Origin: Mytilus edulis
Taxonomy: Eukaryota
Direction of reading: 5' to 3'
DNA length: 64,000 nt
NCBI RefSeq assembly: GCF_963676685.1
Contig: NC_092357.1
Span: 28,458,001-28,522,000, forward strand
The position numbers and the translations under genes are program-made. The first letter of the stretch is position 1, and each line of letters starts with the position of its first letter. This document shows, one piece after another, positions 1 through 14,400 of the stretch. Under the pieces are notes generated by a model, which saw nothing but the letters and a program-made list of their open reading frames with translations, ran no database searches and was not told the DNA's origin.

Positions 1-813
1 CGACAAGAAAAACTTAACGTATGCATAATCTGAATTATAGACTTATATAGCATAACAATTATATTATTTTTTATAACGATTTGCAAAATTTAGCTTCCTA
101 TTTTACAGACCACACTAAAGTGGGATGTTCCTTTTCTTAGTGTTCAAGTCTCAATACGTCATACGGCTCATTTAGAATGTGAAATAAAACTCACCAATTA
201 ATCTAAATATGAACATAAGAAATTATTAACCATACAGAATAAAAAAAAATATTACTGTTACTGAAGAAAGAAACAAATGATTCGTTGCCATTCGATAACG
301 AAGTATGACTGATACATTGTAAGGTATTCATTGTACAAGTTAGTTTATTGTAAAGGGGGGGGGGGGTATGTTTTTTTTTCTATTAGTAATGAAATTTCTA
401 CCGCGGAAAAGACGTTATTTTTCTACAATTTTGATTGAATCGAATAAAGTATTCAGAAAGATTGTCTTTTGAATAGCAATACATTTTTAACAGATATATT
501 TGAAATATTTATATAGCATCCCCACCCACCTCTTTTATGACTTACGTGAATGTTACTCTTTTATTAGCTGATCATTTGATAGGTCACAGTATAATTTCGT
601 ATTCAGTGTTTATCGACCTAAACTTGCAAGAACTATTTGCCAATAGGCGTTAAGCAACCAACAACCAACCAACCTGTTTAGTGTGACTCAGTGAGATTTT
701 TAAAATCTTACACACGAATATGTTAAATATTGCTTTATTTTATGAATGTCAACATTTAATTAAATAAATTTTTGTATTGTACATGTTGTAGTGATAAATT
801 AACAAACCTTATA

Positions 814-1020
814 CTGTGGATTCATTTATTTTCGTGGGTTCCAATTTTCGTGGATTAATAAAATCTTGCTTGTTCGTGGATATTTAAATTCGTGGTTATG
901 CCGAATTTATATATAAAGCTATTTAAAAGTTTGTAATCGATGAATATTTAATTTGGTGGTTCTGTTGTACCCACGAAATCCACGAAAATTGGTATCCAAC
1001 GAATAATATTGAATCCACAG
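814..1020. mobile_element. MITE with TA target-site duplication (Tc1/mariner-type)
   Basis: TA|CTGTGGATTCA ... TGAATCCACAG|TA, with the inverted match continuing inward (ttttcgtggat / atccacgaaaa). Confidence 0.85.
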
Positions 1021-1391
1021 TATTTGTTTATAAAAATTAAAATGCAGGCAATGATTTTTTTACACCATTGATTGAACTTTTAGAAACACTTTCCCAAATG
1101 GGTAACAAAAAACTATCAGACAAATATAACTTTGAAATTAATAATAGATTGCATTTTTATCAATAAAAATAATGACCACGCACAGGTCATTATGTTATGC
1201 CTGGGATCGCCGGGGTGATTTGGAGAATAAATGACCAATGGTTCTGAAAGAAAATAACTCCATATAGGTATATAAGCTATACGCATCCAATCCCGAAGAA
1301 GGAGGGTTGCTGACTATCCTTTCGGGCATAACTGTTCCGACATCACTTGCCAAATTATTCCCTGTTCTTACCAGAAAACATTAAAAAAACA

Positions 1392-1522
1392 TGTTATAAA
1401 CAGAAATATTCAAAAACATACCCTGTTATAAACAGAAATATTCAAAAACATACCCTGTTATAAACAGAAATATTCAAAAACATACCCTGTTATAAACAGA
1501 AATATTCAAAAACATACCCTGT
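1392..1522 (+). repeat. 32-bp tandem repeat x4 (tgttataaacagaaatattcaaaaacataccc), inside a probable non-autonomous element of about 1210-1809
   Basis: Near-perfect units, followed by degenerate cctgttcta-containing units to about 1765; region bounded by ccgggg...ccccggg. Confidence 0.9.
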
Positions 1523-1862
1523 TCTAGACACGCTTGGAAAATGTATTTCCTGTTCTAGACCGTAACAAATAGATGCTTTTCTAGACCCGAGTTCTAGACT
1601 GTAACTTAAACAGTTGAATAAGCAAGTCTGTACTAGACAAAGACTTTGTTTGAGAAAAGACCATGTTTTCACCAGTAGGGCATGGAAAACGACCCTGTTC
1701 TAACAGCAAGGCAGAAAAAAGAGACTCTTTTCTAACCAGCAGGGCATGCAAAAAGGACCCTGTTTTGCGGCACACTCATACCACTTAAATATAGGACGTA
1801 ACCCCCGGGACATTTACTATACATCATAACTACAGTTTATGTCTACAAACATGGTTATTGGA

Positions 1863-1894
<32 letters not shown>

Positions 1895-2205
1895 AGAAAA
1901 TTTGTGTAAAAGCTGATACACTCACGATGCAATTTACATGAGTTACTTTAGACTGTTTTTTATGTATGGTTTTAAATGCATGACTCACACATAATTTTAT
2001 GGTTGGATAATTATTATTTATTTGTTTCTGCATATGTTTCACATCCCAGTAAAATGTTCCAAACACATGCATATGCGTGGCCTAAGTCACGGTATCCTTC
2101 AGTCATTATCGAAAAGTAATATAATTACCACATTAATAACCAGGTACAATGACATACATGTTTGTCGTGTCAGACATTTTTGAAGGTGATTAATCATTCG
2201 GTTAC

Positions 2206-2304
2206 CTTGTCTTTCAAATTGAGATCAATACCACCGTGGATTAATAACTCGACGATATCTGTTTTATGGTTTGATGTTGAGTGGTGAAGTGCAGAGCTAC
2301 CATC
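2206..2304 (-). CDS. Ankyrin exon 11 (99 nt): DGSSALHHSTSNHKTDIVELLIHGGIDLNLKDK
   Basis: Canonical ankyrin motif; acceptor ...tctcaacag, donor gtaacc. Confidence 0.92.
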
Positions 2305-5300
2305 CTGTTGAGATAATAAATATCAGTTATGACATGAACAAGAACAAGGAAGTAAATAGACAAAACAGTTCTAAAATAAATGTGCATGAGTTTATCAAAC
2401 ATAATAAGATACTATTTTACAGACGAATTACAGGAATTGTGTTTTGATAAATTGTAATGTATACCATATCATAAAATGCAGTATACATCTCAAATATATG
2501 TAATAAATACAAATATAATTACAAAAACACCAAACTCTGAAAAGTTCGTATTCAAATGGCAAATTGTAAAGCTCAAGCAAATGGATAATAACTGTCATAT
2601 TCCTAACTTGGTACATGCATGTTCTTATATAGCAAATGGTGGAGTAAACCTTGTTTTGAAGTAACTTAGCTTTCACTGAAATGACTGTCGTACACAATTC
2701 CATCATATAGACAACAATCATTGAATTCAAACCTAAACTTCCAAAGAATGTTTAACACTCCAACAATATGTAATATCATTATTTTCACGAGATACCTGTA
2801 CCTGTTTATACAAGTTCTTTGAAAGTAGTAAGGGAGGTAGTGAAAGGCACTGATGAATTAGTAGTAGAACACTTACTATATGCGGAGATGAGACGGAATT
2901 TAAATAATTTTTTTGTGGAATTTCGATAACCAGTATATAGTTTAATGCTCTTCAACTTCGTACTTTATTTGGCCTTGTTAACTTTTTTGGATTCGAGCGT
3001 CACTGATGAGTCTTTTGTAGACGAAAGACGCGTCTTGCGTATTTACAATATACAATATAGTCCTGGTATCGATGATGAGTTTATGTACACTGGTTTCACA
3101 TTAACTGTGTTCACATCTTTACAAATTGTTTAATTACCTGTACACAAGGTTTGTTTACAATTGTAATTTATTTGTCATTTAAATGTTCATTACGTAGAAC
3201 CAATTTCTGACAACTTTTCTCGCATTTAGGGAACGACCTTCTGATTTTAAAAAGAAGGAGGGGGATTTCCTTTATAAAAAAACCCATATTCATTACATTC
3301 TGGCCATAAAGATGATGAAAGAAAATATTCTGAATCCAAAGTTTCCCCATACATTATAGGTCCTTAATCGGGACTCCGGGATCGGATGTTTTTAAGCTTG
3401 GGATTTCGGGATTGGTCCTTTCGGGATCCGGGAATTATTTTTTTTGAATTGCGGGATGTAGGGATTTAAATTTCTTGAAGTTCGGGATTTCATGTTTTAT
3501 GCCCGGATTTTGGGATTACGACCCCTCATTATGATTTTATATCTTTAAAAAAATAATTTGATTGATTATATCGAAAAAAATCTGACTTAGAAAAAAACAC
3601 ATACTCCTCCCCCTCTCTTTAAGTTGAAGTTAAGACGGTCCTTGCTGAAAGCCATGTTGATGGTTTGCAGTAGTTTAAAGATACTGAAGATGTCTCGATT
3701 ACGTATTAGAAAACGTAGGTTGCAGCAGATCGCTTACAGACGAAAAAAAGGATTGAGATGTTAAGGATCTCTATTTTTCTTTCTTATCTGTTTATTTCAA
3801 ATGGTATTTGCAAAAAGGAGGGGATAATGATTTTGTCTAATTTCTAAGTGTATTTTAACGGATCTGATATACAGACAAACAGTACAATTTACCCCACACT
3901 TTTTTTTAGTAATGCATACATGAGTGAATCGTTTGAGAAACGAAAGACCAGTGGCAAATATGTTTGTGTACGTCCAGTCGATTCGGGAAGACCTTTTTTA
4001 AATTAATTATGTGTTCTGCAATGATGATGCTTTGAGTCTTGATAAGTAGTTAATAAAGCTACGTAAAGTTTGTTTTATAACAAATAAATATATCAAGTTT
4101 AGACAAATATTTCTGTAAAGAACTTTATTAATAATTGTTATAGATATAAATTTTATTTAAAAATCGTTTCTTGCTTAAGAGGCCATGCCAATACGCATAG
4201 ATGATAGAGCTTCATACTGTACAAACATGGAATGTGCAAAAATTTAGATTTAGTTTAAAGTGCTCGTAATTGATTTGTTATACCATACACAACATGTTAG
4301 AGACCGAAGAATGTTTTTCGATCACATCTCGTATCTTAGGAAAATGTTTGTTTAGTCACGAGTCCAAATAATGTACCAAACTTAGAAAACAATCAACTCA
4401 TTTGTAGGCTACCTAGAGCAAAAGTGTAACTAGGAGTGTTTTTGTTGTTACAAGTACAAAGTAGGGTTACCACTGCAAATCATATTAAACATTTTTATCA
4501 GTGATGATGTTTTTGTAATACGTTGCTCTAACAACGGGAAAATGCAAAGGAATTTAAATTAGAAATATCAAAGAATACGACCCTATTTGTATCATAACAA
4601 TACAAAAATCCGGAATAACAGTGATATGATGTATTATGTAAATCCCAATATTAAATATTTATACTGTTAATCAAAAAAATAAAATTGTGTAGACTCTTAA
4701 GAGAGTTACTTTGCTGACGGTTTAAAAAATGCCTTTTTCCAATTTATTCTAAGTTTTTCTGAAGTGAGCCAGATAACATTAATGTTCTAATGCCTAGTTT
4801 TGTGTACACTTAACCTACACAAGGCCTACATTGTATATCGACTGCATGTAGACAAAACATGATTTAAACTACATGTAAACATTGACTTTTATCAATAGAA
4901 ACTTAATTGTGTATAGTTTGCGTGTGAGTTACATAAACACAACACCGAGTTTATATTTCACTATGAAGTTCTGTTCATGACAATATTTGACTATGCAATT
5001 CTGTTCATGACAATACATCACTATAAAATACTGGTTTTGAAAATATTAAATATTTTTTAATCATTTTATTACACAATTTGAAATAATAAACAAGCATGCA
5101 GCATGTACATTTTTAGATTTATAACTGAGAATAACAATCATGTGTATAGTAAGGAATTTATATCATTACAAATAGCGGGTTCAAATTTGCATAAATTCTT
5201 TACAAACGGTTAAATATATAGTGAGAATTGTCTAGCATCTGTTTTATTATATTACATTATACTGTACAAATATAAGTCAAGCACTTATTTTGTAAATCTA

Positions 5301-8300
5301 TATTAAAAAACTGAACAAATAGAATTTATAAATATAAATACTAAATTGACAAAATATATTTTTCAATATAGTTTAAGAGGTGCATGAGTACAGAATAACT
5401 GTAATATCAATTTGTATTCATTTTTTGTTATAAGTCAAACAACATCATGAATATATCAATATCTAACATGAATATGTTATAGTAATGTGTTAAATTTTGA
5501 TAACCTCTCCTTCATGAGAGACAAAATCCATGATAATCTGTTTATGAAATGTTTTCTCAATACTCGCAAAATATAACCAAAAGACATATCCTCCCTTTAA
5601 TAGGACAACATTTCATAGTATTCATCTGTGGAATATTGTCTTAGGGGACAACCATTTGATATTCTGGGGGGGGGGGTGGGGGGGGGGGGGGGGTGGGTGG
5701 AGGACTGCTTTTGATCGGTTATTTATTTTTGTAAACTGAGAGGACAGATGATTCATTTTCTGCCCTATTAAAGCATTTTTTTTCATTTGCATTAAGGCAA
5801 GGGACTGATTATTCATTTTTACAACTATACTTATGATATTCGAAAACATACAATTTTTAAAATATTTGTTAATTATGAATAATACATGAATAGTCAAGTT
5901 ATTATGTACAATTTAATCAAAATCAATCATAATCCCATGCAGAAATTTCAAGATTCAAGTTTTTATTCATAACCTCAGACACATACTTGTGTACTATAGG
6001 ACAATATATACAAACATTTAAAGAGAATACATAGCAAGACATGAAAAACTAAACACAAATACATAGTATATTATAAAAGACATCTATTGGTATAATAAGA
6101 TTAAGTATTTTATACTTTTCTTCACGAAATGAATCATTTATATTCTCAACCAATATACTTGTATTGCATACATACATAGTATTGAAGTATGGTTTTACCT
6201 AGCCTCTTTTAAAAGTATAAGTTGTCAAATTTTTGAACCACTGAAGGCCCAAGAAGCTGTAGACCTGCTGAGTTATTCATTTTCAATACATTGCAAGTCA
6301 GGTAATTTATTTTCAAACTACCAAAGAACAAACCATTTATTTTGGTGATTATCAAGGCTGAGTTATTTATTTTCAAAACCCTCCTGCCCCCCCCCCCCCC
6401 CCCACAAGAATATCAAATGGTCGTCCCCTTAAATCACACAAAATATAACCTCCCTTTGTCAAGACAAAATGCCATAGTATTCATCTGTGAAATATTGTTT
6501 ATATTTCATAGGACAATATTTTACTTTACATGTTTGGTTTCTCAATTTCATAGTTTTAATGCTTTTTCAAACTTATGTTCCCAAATTTAGTTTTGTACAT
6601 TCTGCTTTATTTGTACCGAAATTCATGCCGAACACTTTAACGGGTTTATCTTTGAACTATATATCATCTTCTTACATATTTTTTTAGTTTTCCTATCCAA
6701 ATGCCTTCCGTTTAGTTTTTATTTAATTAAAGACCAGAAAATGTGCAAAATATTTCAACAACGTTTAATGCTACTATAATTTCATTTTTTTATTTTAGAA
6801 ATAAAGCGGTGTCATCTGCTAACTAAAACAAATTATAATGATGTTAAAAATGGTCATTTTTTAATTCAAAACTTTCAATGTTTTTATGGATCCTTAATTT
6901 ACATATTATGATGTCAACAGCGATCATATAGATCTTTGGAGAACAGGTGCATCCTTGAAGTACTCTCCTTTTAGACTAATATCGGTGCTAAGATCCATCC
7001 ATTGTTGAACACCCAGCTATGCATATCGAAATATTACGCCTTTATACAATTTATAGATGAATTATGGAAGCGAAAATGATCGAGACTTTGGTACATAAAG
7101 GATCATTTTAAAGTATCAAATGCTAGTTAGGTTAAACTATGGAATATATTTTTCAATCGACGAACATGCTCCAATTGCCTTAGCCACAATCCCTTCTTCA
7201 AATGTGATCTTTAGAATAAGTTACCGGATATGAACTTGCAGGAATAAAACAACGAGTGTCAAACCAGAAGCATAGTATAATCAAACTTCCGAGGGCACCA
7301 GTGATTACTTCAAGGTTACTGTTCACCTTTCTTTTTTGTGTTTCGAGTACTGTTTGTCTTTTCCTGACACGGCATTTTCAGTTTGTTTTTGACTTATAAG
7401 CTTGAATATCTTTACGTGTCTTTTTAAATATCAATCGGGGATTTTTTTTTTAAAGAACAATAATAAGGTCTCAAATAATACATAAAAATACCACATTGCC
7501 TTAGTCAAAACTAATAATTATCATGTTGTTTCATTTGATACAATTTGTTCCATCCAGTGCAACATCGTATCAAAAGCATGGATTTTTTTCGTTATTTTCT
7601 TCATATTTTGCTATTACTATATTCATTTTTTGTTGTTGAAAATCCGTAAAAATTGAGCAGTAACATAATAAAGTTTCTTATACGACTTATGCATATGATT
7701 TTGTAAAGGCGATTCGCCATATGTTTACCTTGTCCTGATCATTGAGATAACATCCACGTTGAATAAGCATACGGACCATTTGTGTGTGCTCACTTCTTGT
7801 AGCAGTATGCAGTGCTGTCAAGTCATTCTAAAATGAGACACACTTTGTATTTAAAAGTATTACAATTTTTTCTATTGTCCAATCAAAGAAACAAGAGTAA
7901 CATGCATATGGTACTCATTTTGAGCTCGTCATCATGTTCTTTGAATGTAAAACACCATTTTTATTAAAGAAATTTTTTTTTGGACTATAAAGTCATTTCT
8001 TATTGACAACTTTATGTCGAGTTCTATATACAGGTGTAATGAACTAAATCATAGTGCATCCGGTCGCGTTCGAAAAATCACGTATATTGAATTGAAGTAT
8101 AGTGTTTTGTTTGTATTATGAGATTCAAGATTTTGGATTAAAATCAATAGACCAAAACATACCTGTACTTCTAATCTATTTGTACACCAATATCAGTATT
8201 GTTACAACCTTTAACACAGAAGAAGGCTATTTGTCAACACGATTTAATAACAACATTTTTGTATAATAACATCGTATATCAGTACCGTTGTGCAAATGTT

Positions 8301-8394
8301 TAGACTGATATATTTTTTTCCTTATCTGCATAGCATCGTCTTTTCTAGACGGTCCTTTGCATAGTGTTTTAGCTCGTTGGTCCTTTTTTTAGAC

Positions 8395-8456
<62 letters not shown>

Positions 8457-11400
8457 GAGTCTAAATTGAAAACTACGTTCAAACCTATGACTGCGTTGGA
8501 TAAAAACCGCAGTTTTTATACGTGTGCATGTCAAACAAAATTCGTTGTAGAAGGGTCTAAAAACAGCACAAACAACATTTTCCAAAAGACCAAAAGAGTG
8601 AAAAAGTATATATATATATATATATATATAACTCATCTAAACATCAAGCCAAACATTTTACATCATTCTGTAAATTTGCTTTTGCAAATTTCTTGTTCTT
8701 ACCTCGCCTGGATTCGAACCCATGCTACTGACATATCGTGACCCCAAATCTCCTGAACTGTAGTCGTACCGCTAGACCACATGACCACCTGCGCTTCATA
8801 AAAATGAAGCTCTCGGAGGCCGGGTGTTACCTTTGTACGTCATTTTTAATCTAGCGTCAAACTACAGTACATGATATATAAGGCATAGAGAGGTTTTTTT
8901 TAAAGATAAGCTTAATTATCTAGTGTAAAGGATCCTACAAATTAATGTAAAATACAGTCACAGAAAAAAATTACATTTATAAGTACGTCTGCGTTATCTG
9001 CGTCAGTGATAACTCTACAACAGATTTATCAATCGGATCACCAGCAGTGATGGTGATACAATGCTGTGTACATTATGTATATACAACTCGTTTAAACATC
9101 ACTCCAACTATGTTAGATCTGTAAATTTGCTTTTGGAATTGTTTTGTTTTTCCCTCGCCTGGATCCGAACCCATGCTACTGAGATATCTTGACACCAAAT
9201 CGCCTGCACTGTAGCCGTTCCTCTAGACCACCCGACCTCCTAGGCTTCATCAAAATGAAGCTTTCGATGGCCGGGTGTTTCATTGTACGTCATTTACAGA
9301 TCTAACATTGTTGGGTTGATGTTTAGACGAGTTGCATATATATATTATATAGATATATTATTTTAGCGTTTCTATAGACTATTTTGCAAATTTGAGGTTA
9401 CATGCATATGGTTACTGAAGATTATACACAGTAAAATAATAGGTGAATTTTTGAATGAATTGACGTATATTACACTTGAAAGGATAAGGCCGTGTTCACA
9501 TTGACCTAAATTCGGTGTTGTGTTAGTGTAACTCACACGTAAACTAAACACAATTGCGTTCCCATTGATAGAACTCAATGTTTACATGTAGTTTAAATCA
9601 TGTTTTACCTACACACAGTCGATAGTCAATGTAGGCCTTGTGTAGGTTAAGTGTACACAAAACTAGGCATTTAGTTTTATCGTGTATATATTTAAGGAGA
9701 AAACTATTTTTGAGTAAAATTGATATTTTTGATAATTATTAGTTGTCTAAATTTTACAGATTTTTTTTTGGTAAAAAAAATTAACGTACTTTATTAACCC
9801 TAATCAAGACTCAAAGCAGCATCATTGCCGAACCCATAACGCAGCAACCAATTGATTTTCGGGGGGGGGGGGGTATTATAGTGGAGTACAAAACATAAAG
9901 GCAAGGGGGTGGGGGTGGTGAGCTATGGATTTTGTTTTGGAAACAAAACAAGTTTCCAGTTTTTGGCCCTGACAAAATTTTTGTTTGTTTCACCCTCAGC
10001 TGCCGCTATATATAATGCTAAAATTAATTTCGACTTGTCACCAAAATTTGTCCTGAAAAAAATCAATAGCTCACGCCCCCTCCCCCTCCACAAAAAACGA
10101 AGTAAATAGTTGCTGCCTAATTCATTTGAAAAGGTCTTCCCGAATCGACTTGACGTACACAGAAATATTCGCCACTGGTCTTTACTCAAAAAACGATTCA
10201 CGCATAAATGCATGACTAAAAAAAGTGTGAGGTAAATGATATGCTTGTCTAGTATCTCAGATCCGTTAAATAACTCGTAAAAAAAATTGGAGAAGAAATA
10301 CCATTTGAAACGAACAGAAGATAAAAATGTAGTGATCCCTAATATTTCAATCCTTTTTTTTCGGCTGTAAGCACGCTGTTGTAGCTAACATTTCCTAATG
10401 CGTTATCGAGACTTCTCTAGTATATTCAAACTACTGCAAATTATAAAAATGGCTTTCATAAAGTAGCAACCACTTAACTTAAAAAAAGGGGGGGGTTATT
10501 TTTTTTATCTGAGTTAGATTTTTTTCGCGCGTACGTTTTTATTCCTTTTTCTTCGATGCTGGTGATCAAATACTTTTTTTTCAAAATTTAACACCTTAAT
10601 GTATGGGGAAACTCTTGATTCAGAATATTTTTTTTTATCATCTGTATGACCATTTTTTTTGGATCAAATTGGCCAGGGGATCGGAATATTTCCATTCCCA
10701 TCCCCCACCCCCTTTTGAAGTCAAATGGTTGTTCCCTTACCGCTAGAAAAATTTTCCAAAAATTTTGAATTCAGTTCTACGTAATAAACTTTTTAATGAC
10801 ATATAGTTTACAAGTGGAAACAAACCTTATGTACAGGTAGCTAAACAAGGTGTATAAATGTGAACAAATGTAATGTGAAACCAGTGTACACTACACTAAA
10901 CTAATTATAAACATGTTTACTCTACACGGCGTTTGGTGTGAACACAGCCTAAGACATTACTCACGCATAGTATGTCTTTGTTTTAAACTAGGATAAATTC
11001 TACACAATGTTTTGAAAGTGCAAAAAAAATAAAACAATAACATGTTACAGTTACGTAGTAATCGTCAAGCCCCAGTCGCATTAGACCACGATCGCACTAC
11101 GCTCACCACGATCAAAAATAAAATCAGATTGTGGTAAGGTCGCGGTATAAGCGGCATGAAAACGTACATTTCCGTTGCTTTCACGTCCTCATTACGCTTC
11201 TTCAACGATCCCGCTACGATTATGCCACGTTCTCACCACGCTCATTCTGCAACCTCATTACACTCATTCAATACCTTTCTACGCTCTTCACGTTCTTACT
11301 ACGACCATACCACGATTTATGCGATTGCAACACGATCTTACCACGTTTCTACTCCGATTATAGCACGCTCGTCCCACGACCTTATTACGACCATACCACG

Positions 11401-14400
11401 CTCACACCGCGATCTTACTACGCTCTTAAGAAGTTCAACGAACATCACTAGAGGCATTCTTGAAAAATTGAAGAAGGAAGGTTCATCCTCAATTCATAAC
11501 TCGGTCATCAACTGATCATAATGACAAAACAAGAGTCTCCTTTCCGCTGCTAACCACGGAAGAATTCAAAAGGACCTATGCCGTCTAAATGTTCTTCGAA
11601 TCCTTCTTCTTTCCTCCTTCAATAACAACAGTATGGCTTGGTTGTTAAGATTTTGTATCTGAGTTATTGATTGAAGAAGCATTACTACATGTCCATGGTC
11701 TTGTGTTTCCATGGTTCAATTGAAATTGATGCTTTAAACAAAAACTGGAGAGCTTTTATACATTTATGTGACAATGAGCCTCAGTATGACAAGAACTCGA
11801 AATAGTCGTAGTACGAACGTAAACAGGTCGTAGGAAGAGCGTGATGAGGACGGCATGAGCGTGCTAGAATCGTTCTGTGGTCTTGAACAGCGTGGTGTAA
11901 ACGTGGTATTGTCGTAGTGGGAGCGTAGTTGGGTCGCGGTGAGAACGTGATAATCGTACAGAGGTGATGATAATGTCCCTGTGAGATCATAGCGTAGTAT
12001 CCCTGAATAGAATCACGCTCTCTCTACGCTCTCGCTACGATGGTACAGCGACCTTTGCGATCGTACCACGATCTTACTACGCGCTCACTGCGTTTCTTCT
12101 ACGATCAGATTTCGCCACGACCGCAAAACGCTTGTTTTGAACATGTTCAAAATTGACCACGCTCATTACGATATACAAGACCTTACCACGACCGTATTAC
12201 GACCTCACTGTGATCTACACGATCTCACTACGCTTGTCAAATTTTCTTTTTATTCACAGATCGTAGTGCGATTGTGGCCTAGTGGGACTGGGGTATTAAA
12301 CAATGTTTCCTCACTATATTTGGTATTTAAATGACCTAGCGGACACACACTGGCATATATAGTTGGGTACAAACCAAGCATTACATGTAGACGGGCCGAA
12401 AACTAGACGGCGTCGTTAAATTGCATGGAATTCATGTTAGCGCCGCATTCACTGTGCGTTAACTTTTCAGTGGATATTAAAAGTAAACGGGCGTTTACTT
12501 TCGCGTTCAACTCCGCGTTAACGCAAAAGTTCCGTCTTCTAATTTTTTAAAGACTGAACGGGCATTTTAATTTTTTTTAACCTGTTAGTTCCACGTCAAC
12601 GTGAAAAAATACGAGTCTTCTTTTTCCATCAAAAGTAAATGCATGTTTATTGTTTGTAGTAAACATAGCGTTTTCTAAGATTGTCATTGTATCCTAGATA
12701 TACAGACCTAAAATATCAAATGATAAAGTCCATCACAATTTATTGACTAATTACTAGTCATTTTCGATTGAAATATTGATGATTACAGTATATTAAAAAT
12801 GTTATCAGAAGGAAGTTGAGTAGAACCGTTATCGTTCAGAATGCATCGACAGCCATTACCAAACAAGACACAACAAGCTGTTCATCTAGCTAATTTGTTA
12901 GACGCCAGTCTGAATATCACCATGCACAGCTCGTTCCACCGTTGGACGACCATGACGAGTGCTGGTATTTACCATTGTTCGGTGTTTATCAATCTAAGAA
13001 ACCCGATCAGATTAGGGGTGTGTTTGATGTAACGGTCCATACTTGATTAACGATCTCTCTGGAGTACTGCTGCCTTTCTGAAAAACAATGTTCGCAGTAT
13101 GTGCTTGCGTTCAATACATGTTTCACTGCTCTGTAGAAAGAAAATATCATCAAAATTAACTGAGATTTTTATAGCATGAACATAACGACCTACAAGAACA
13201 CTGTGTTGAATATAGCATGAGAGTTAATGTTTTTGAAAAGTCTGTCATCTGGCGTAACTATGCTTTGACCCAGAAAAAGGTCCAGACATCATAACATCAG
13301 ATACTGATATGTCGACGACGGTTTTTTAAGTCATGTCCTACAAAAGAGGAAGCTGTTAATTTTATGAAGTTCACCTCTAATTGTGCGGAAGTCATATCAG
13401 CGTTTGATGACAATGGTTTTGCTACGATTCTGAAAATAGAAGACCGGACAATTGTTTAACGTAAAACACGTCGTAGATAAACCTACTTAAAACAATTGTG
13501 CAATTGTATTCAAATGCTTAGTGACAAGAGCTTATCACATTGAACTTATCGAGGAAATAAGTTCTTCAGACTTAGAAAACGCCGTCAGAAGATTCGCCGA
13601 TTTAAGAGGCCATTTTATGATTTTCCAATCTAACCGTGGAACGCACTTTATTGGTGCAATCGACGATTTAAAGATTGGATCAATCAACGTTGAAGATACA
13701 GCCTTAAATTCTACTACAACTTGGACTTTGAATCTGCTGCACTTGACCCACATGGATGAAGCCTAGGAGAGAATGTTTGGTATCACTGGGAGAATTCTTG
13801 ATTTTATGCTTCTTTATGCACCCGAAAAAAAAGCCTAACTCTTGACGAACTCACCACCGTTCTGACAGAATTTGTGAACTTAAGTGAACTCCTGTATTAA
13901 CAGATCCAGAAAATCCGTTAATATCAACTCCGGCTATTTTATGGACACAAAAAAACCGACTGCATTTTTACTTCAGGTCATCTCGAAGAACTCGACCAAC
14001 GATAAATAGAGGTTGCCGAATGGAGACGAGTACAGTGTTTTCTAGTCCCGTTGAAGGAAAGAGTACCTGCCGTTTTTGCAACAACGACGAAAATTGACCG
14101 AAGATCGCCATGATCCCATCGAAGGAGACGTAATTCTTTTAAAGGACAAACAGATTTACCATACACAATGCCTGTTGGTATTATAGTGAAGTCATATAAA
14201 AGTTACGACGGACATATCCGAAAAGCAGAAGTGCTAGAAATCGTTTATGAAAAAGCTTCAACCTATAGTTGACGTGATTAATACACACTCTGTATTGACT
14301 CTTTTATCCCTTCTGGTTGAATAACAATCTCACAATCTTCCCACACAAATTTTCATTTTTATAAATTGTCGAGATTGCGAATCATTCACATAGTTTTACT

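Noticed and set aside
195-260. Possible further minus-strand exon (ttcttcag ... gtgagt)
   Set aside because: Stops in all three frames and no ankyrin similarity; at most a non-coding or chance match.
1392-1522. 32-bp repeats as a CRISPR array
   Set aside because: Units are contiguous with no unique spacers, there are no cas genes, and the context is eukaryotic.
5665-5703. G-quadruplex-like regulatory element
   Set aside because: The G-run is the subterminal part of a MITE and is mirrored by a C-run at its other end.
11131-11515. Overlapping ORFs of 106 and 119 aa as genes
   Set aside because: They arise from stop-poor CACG/CTACG repeats of a TIR element.
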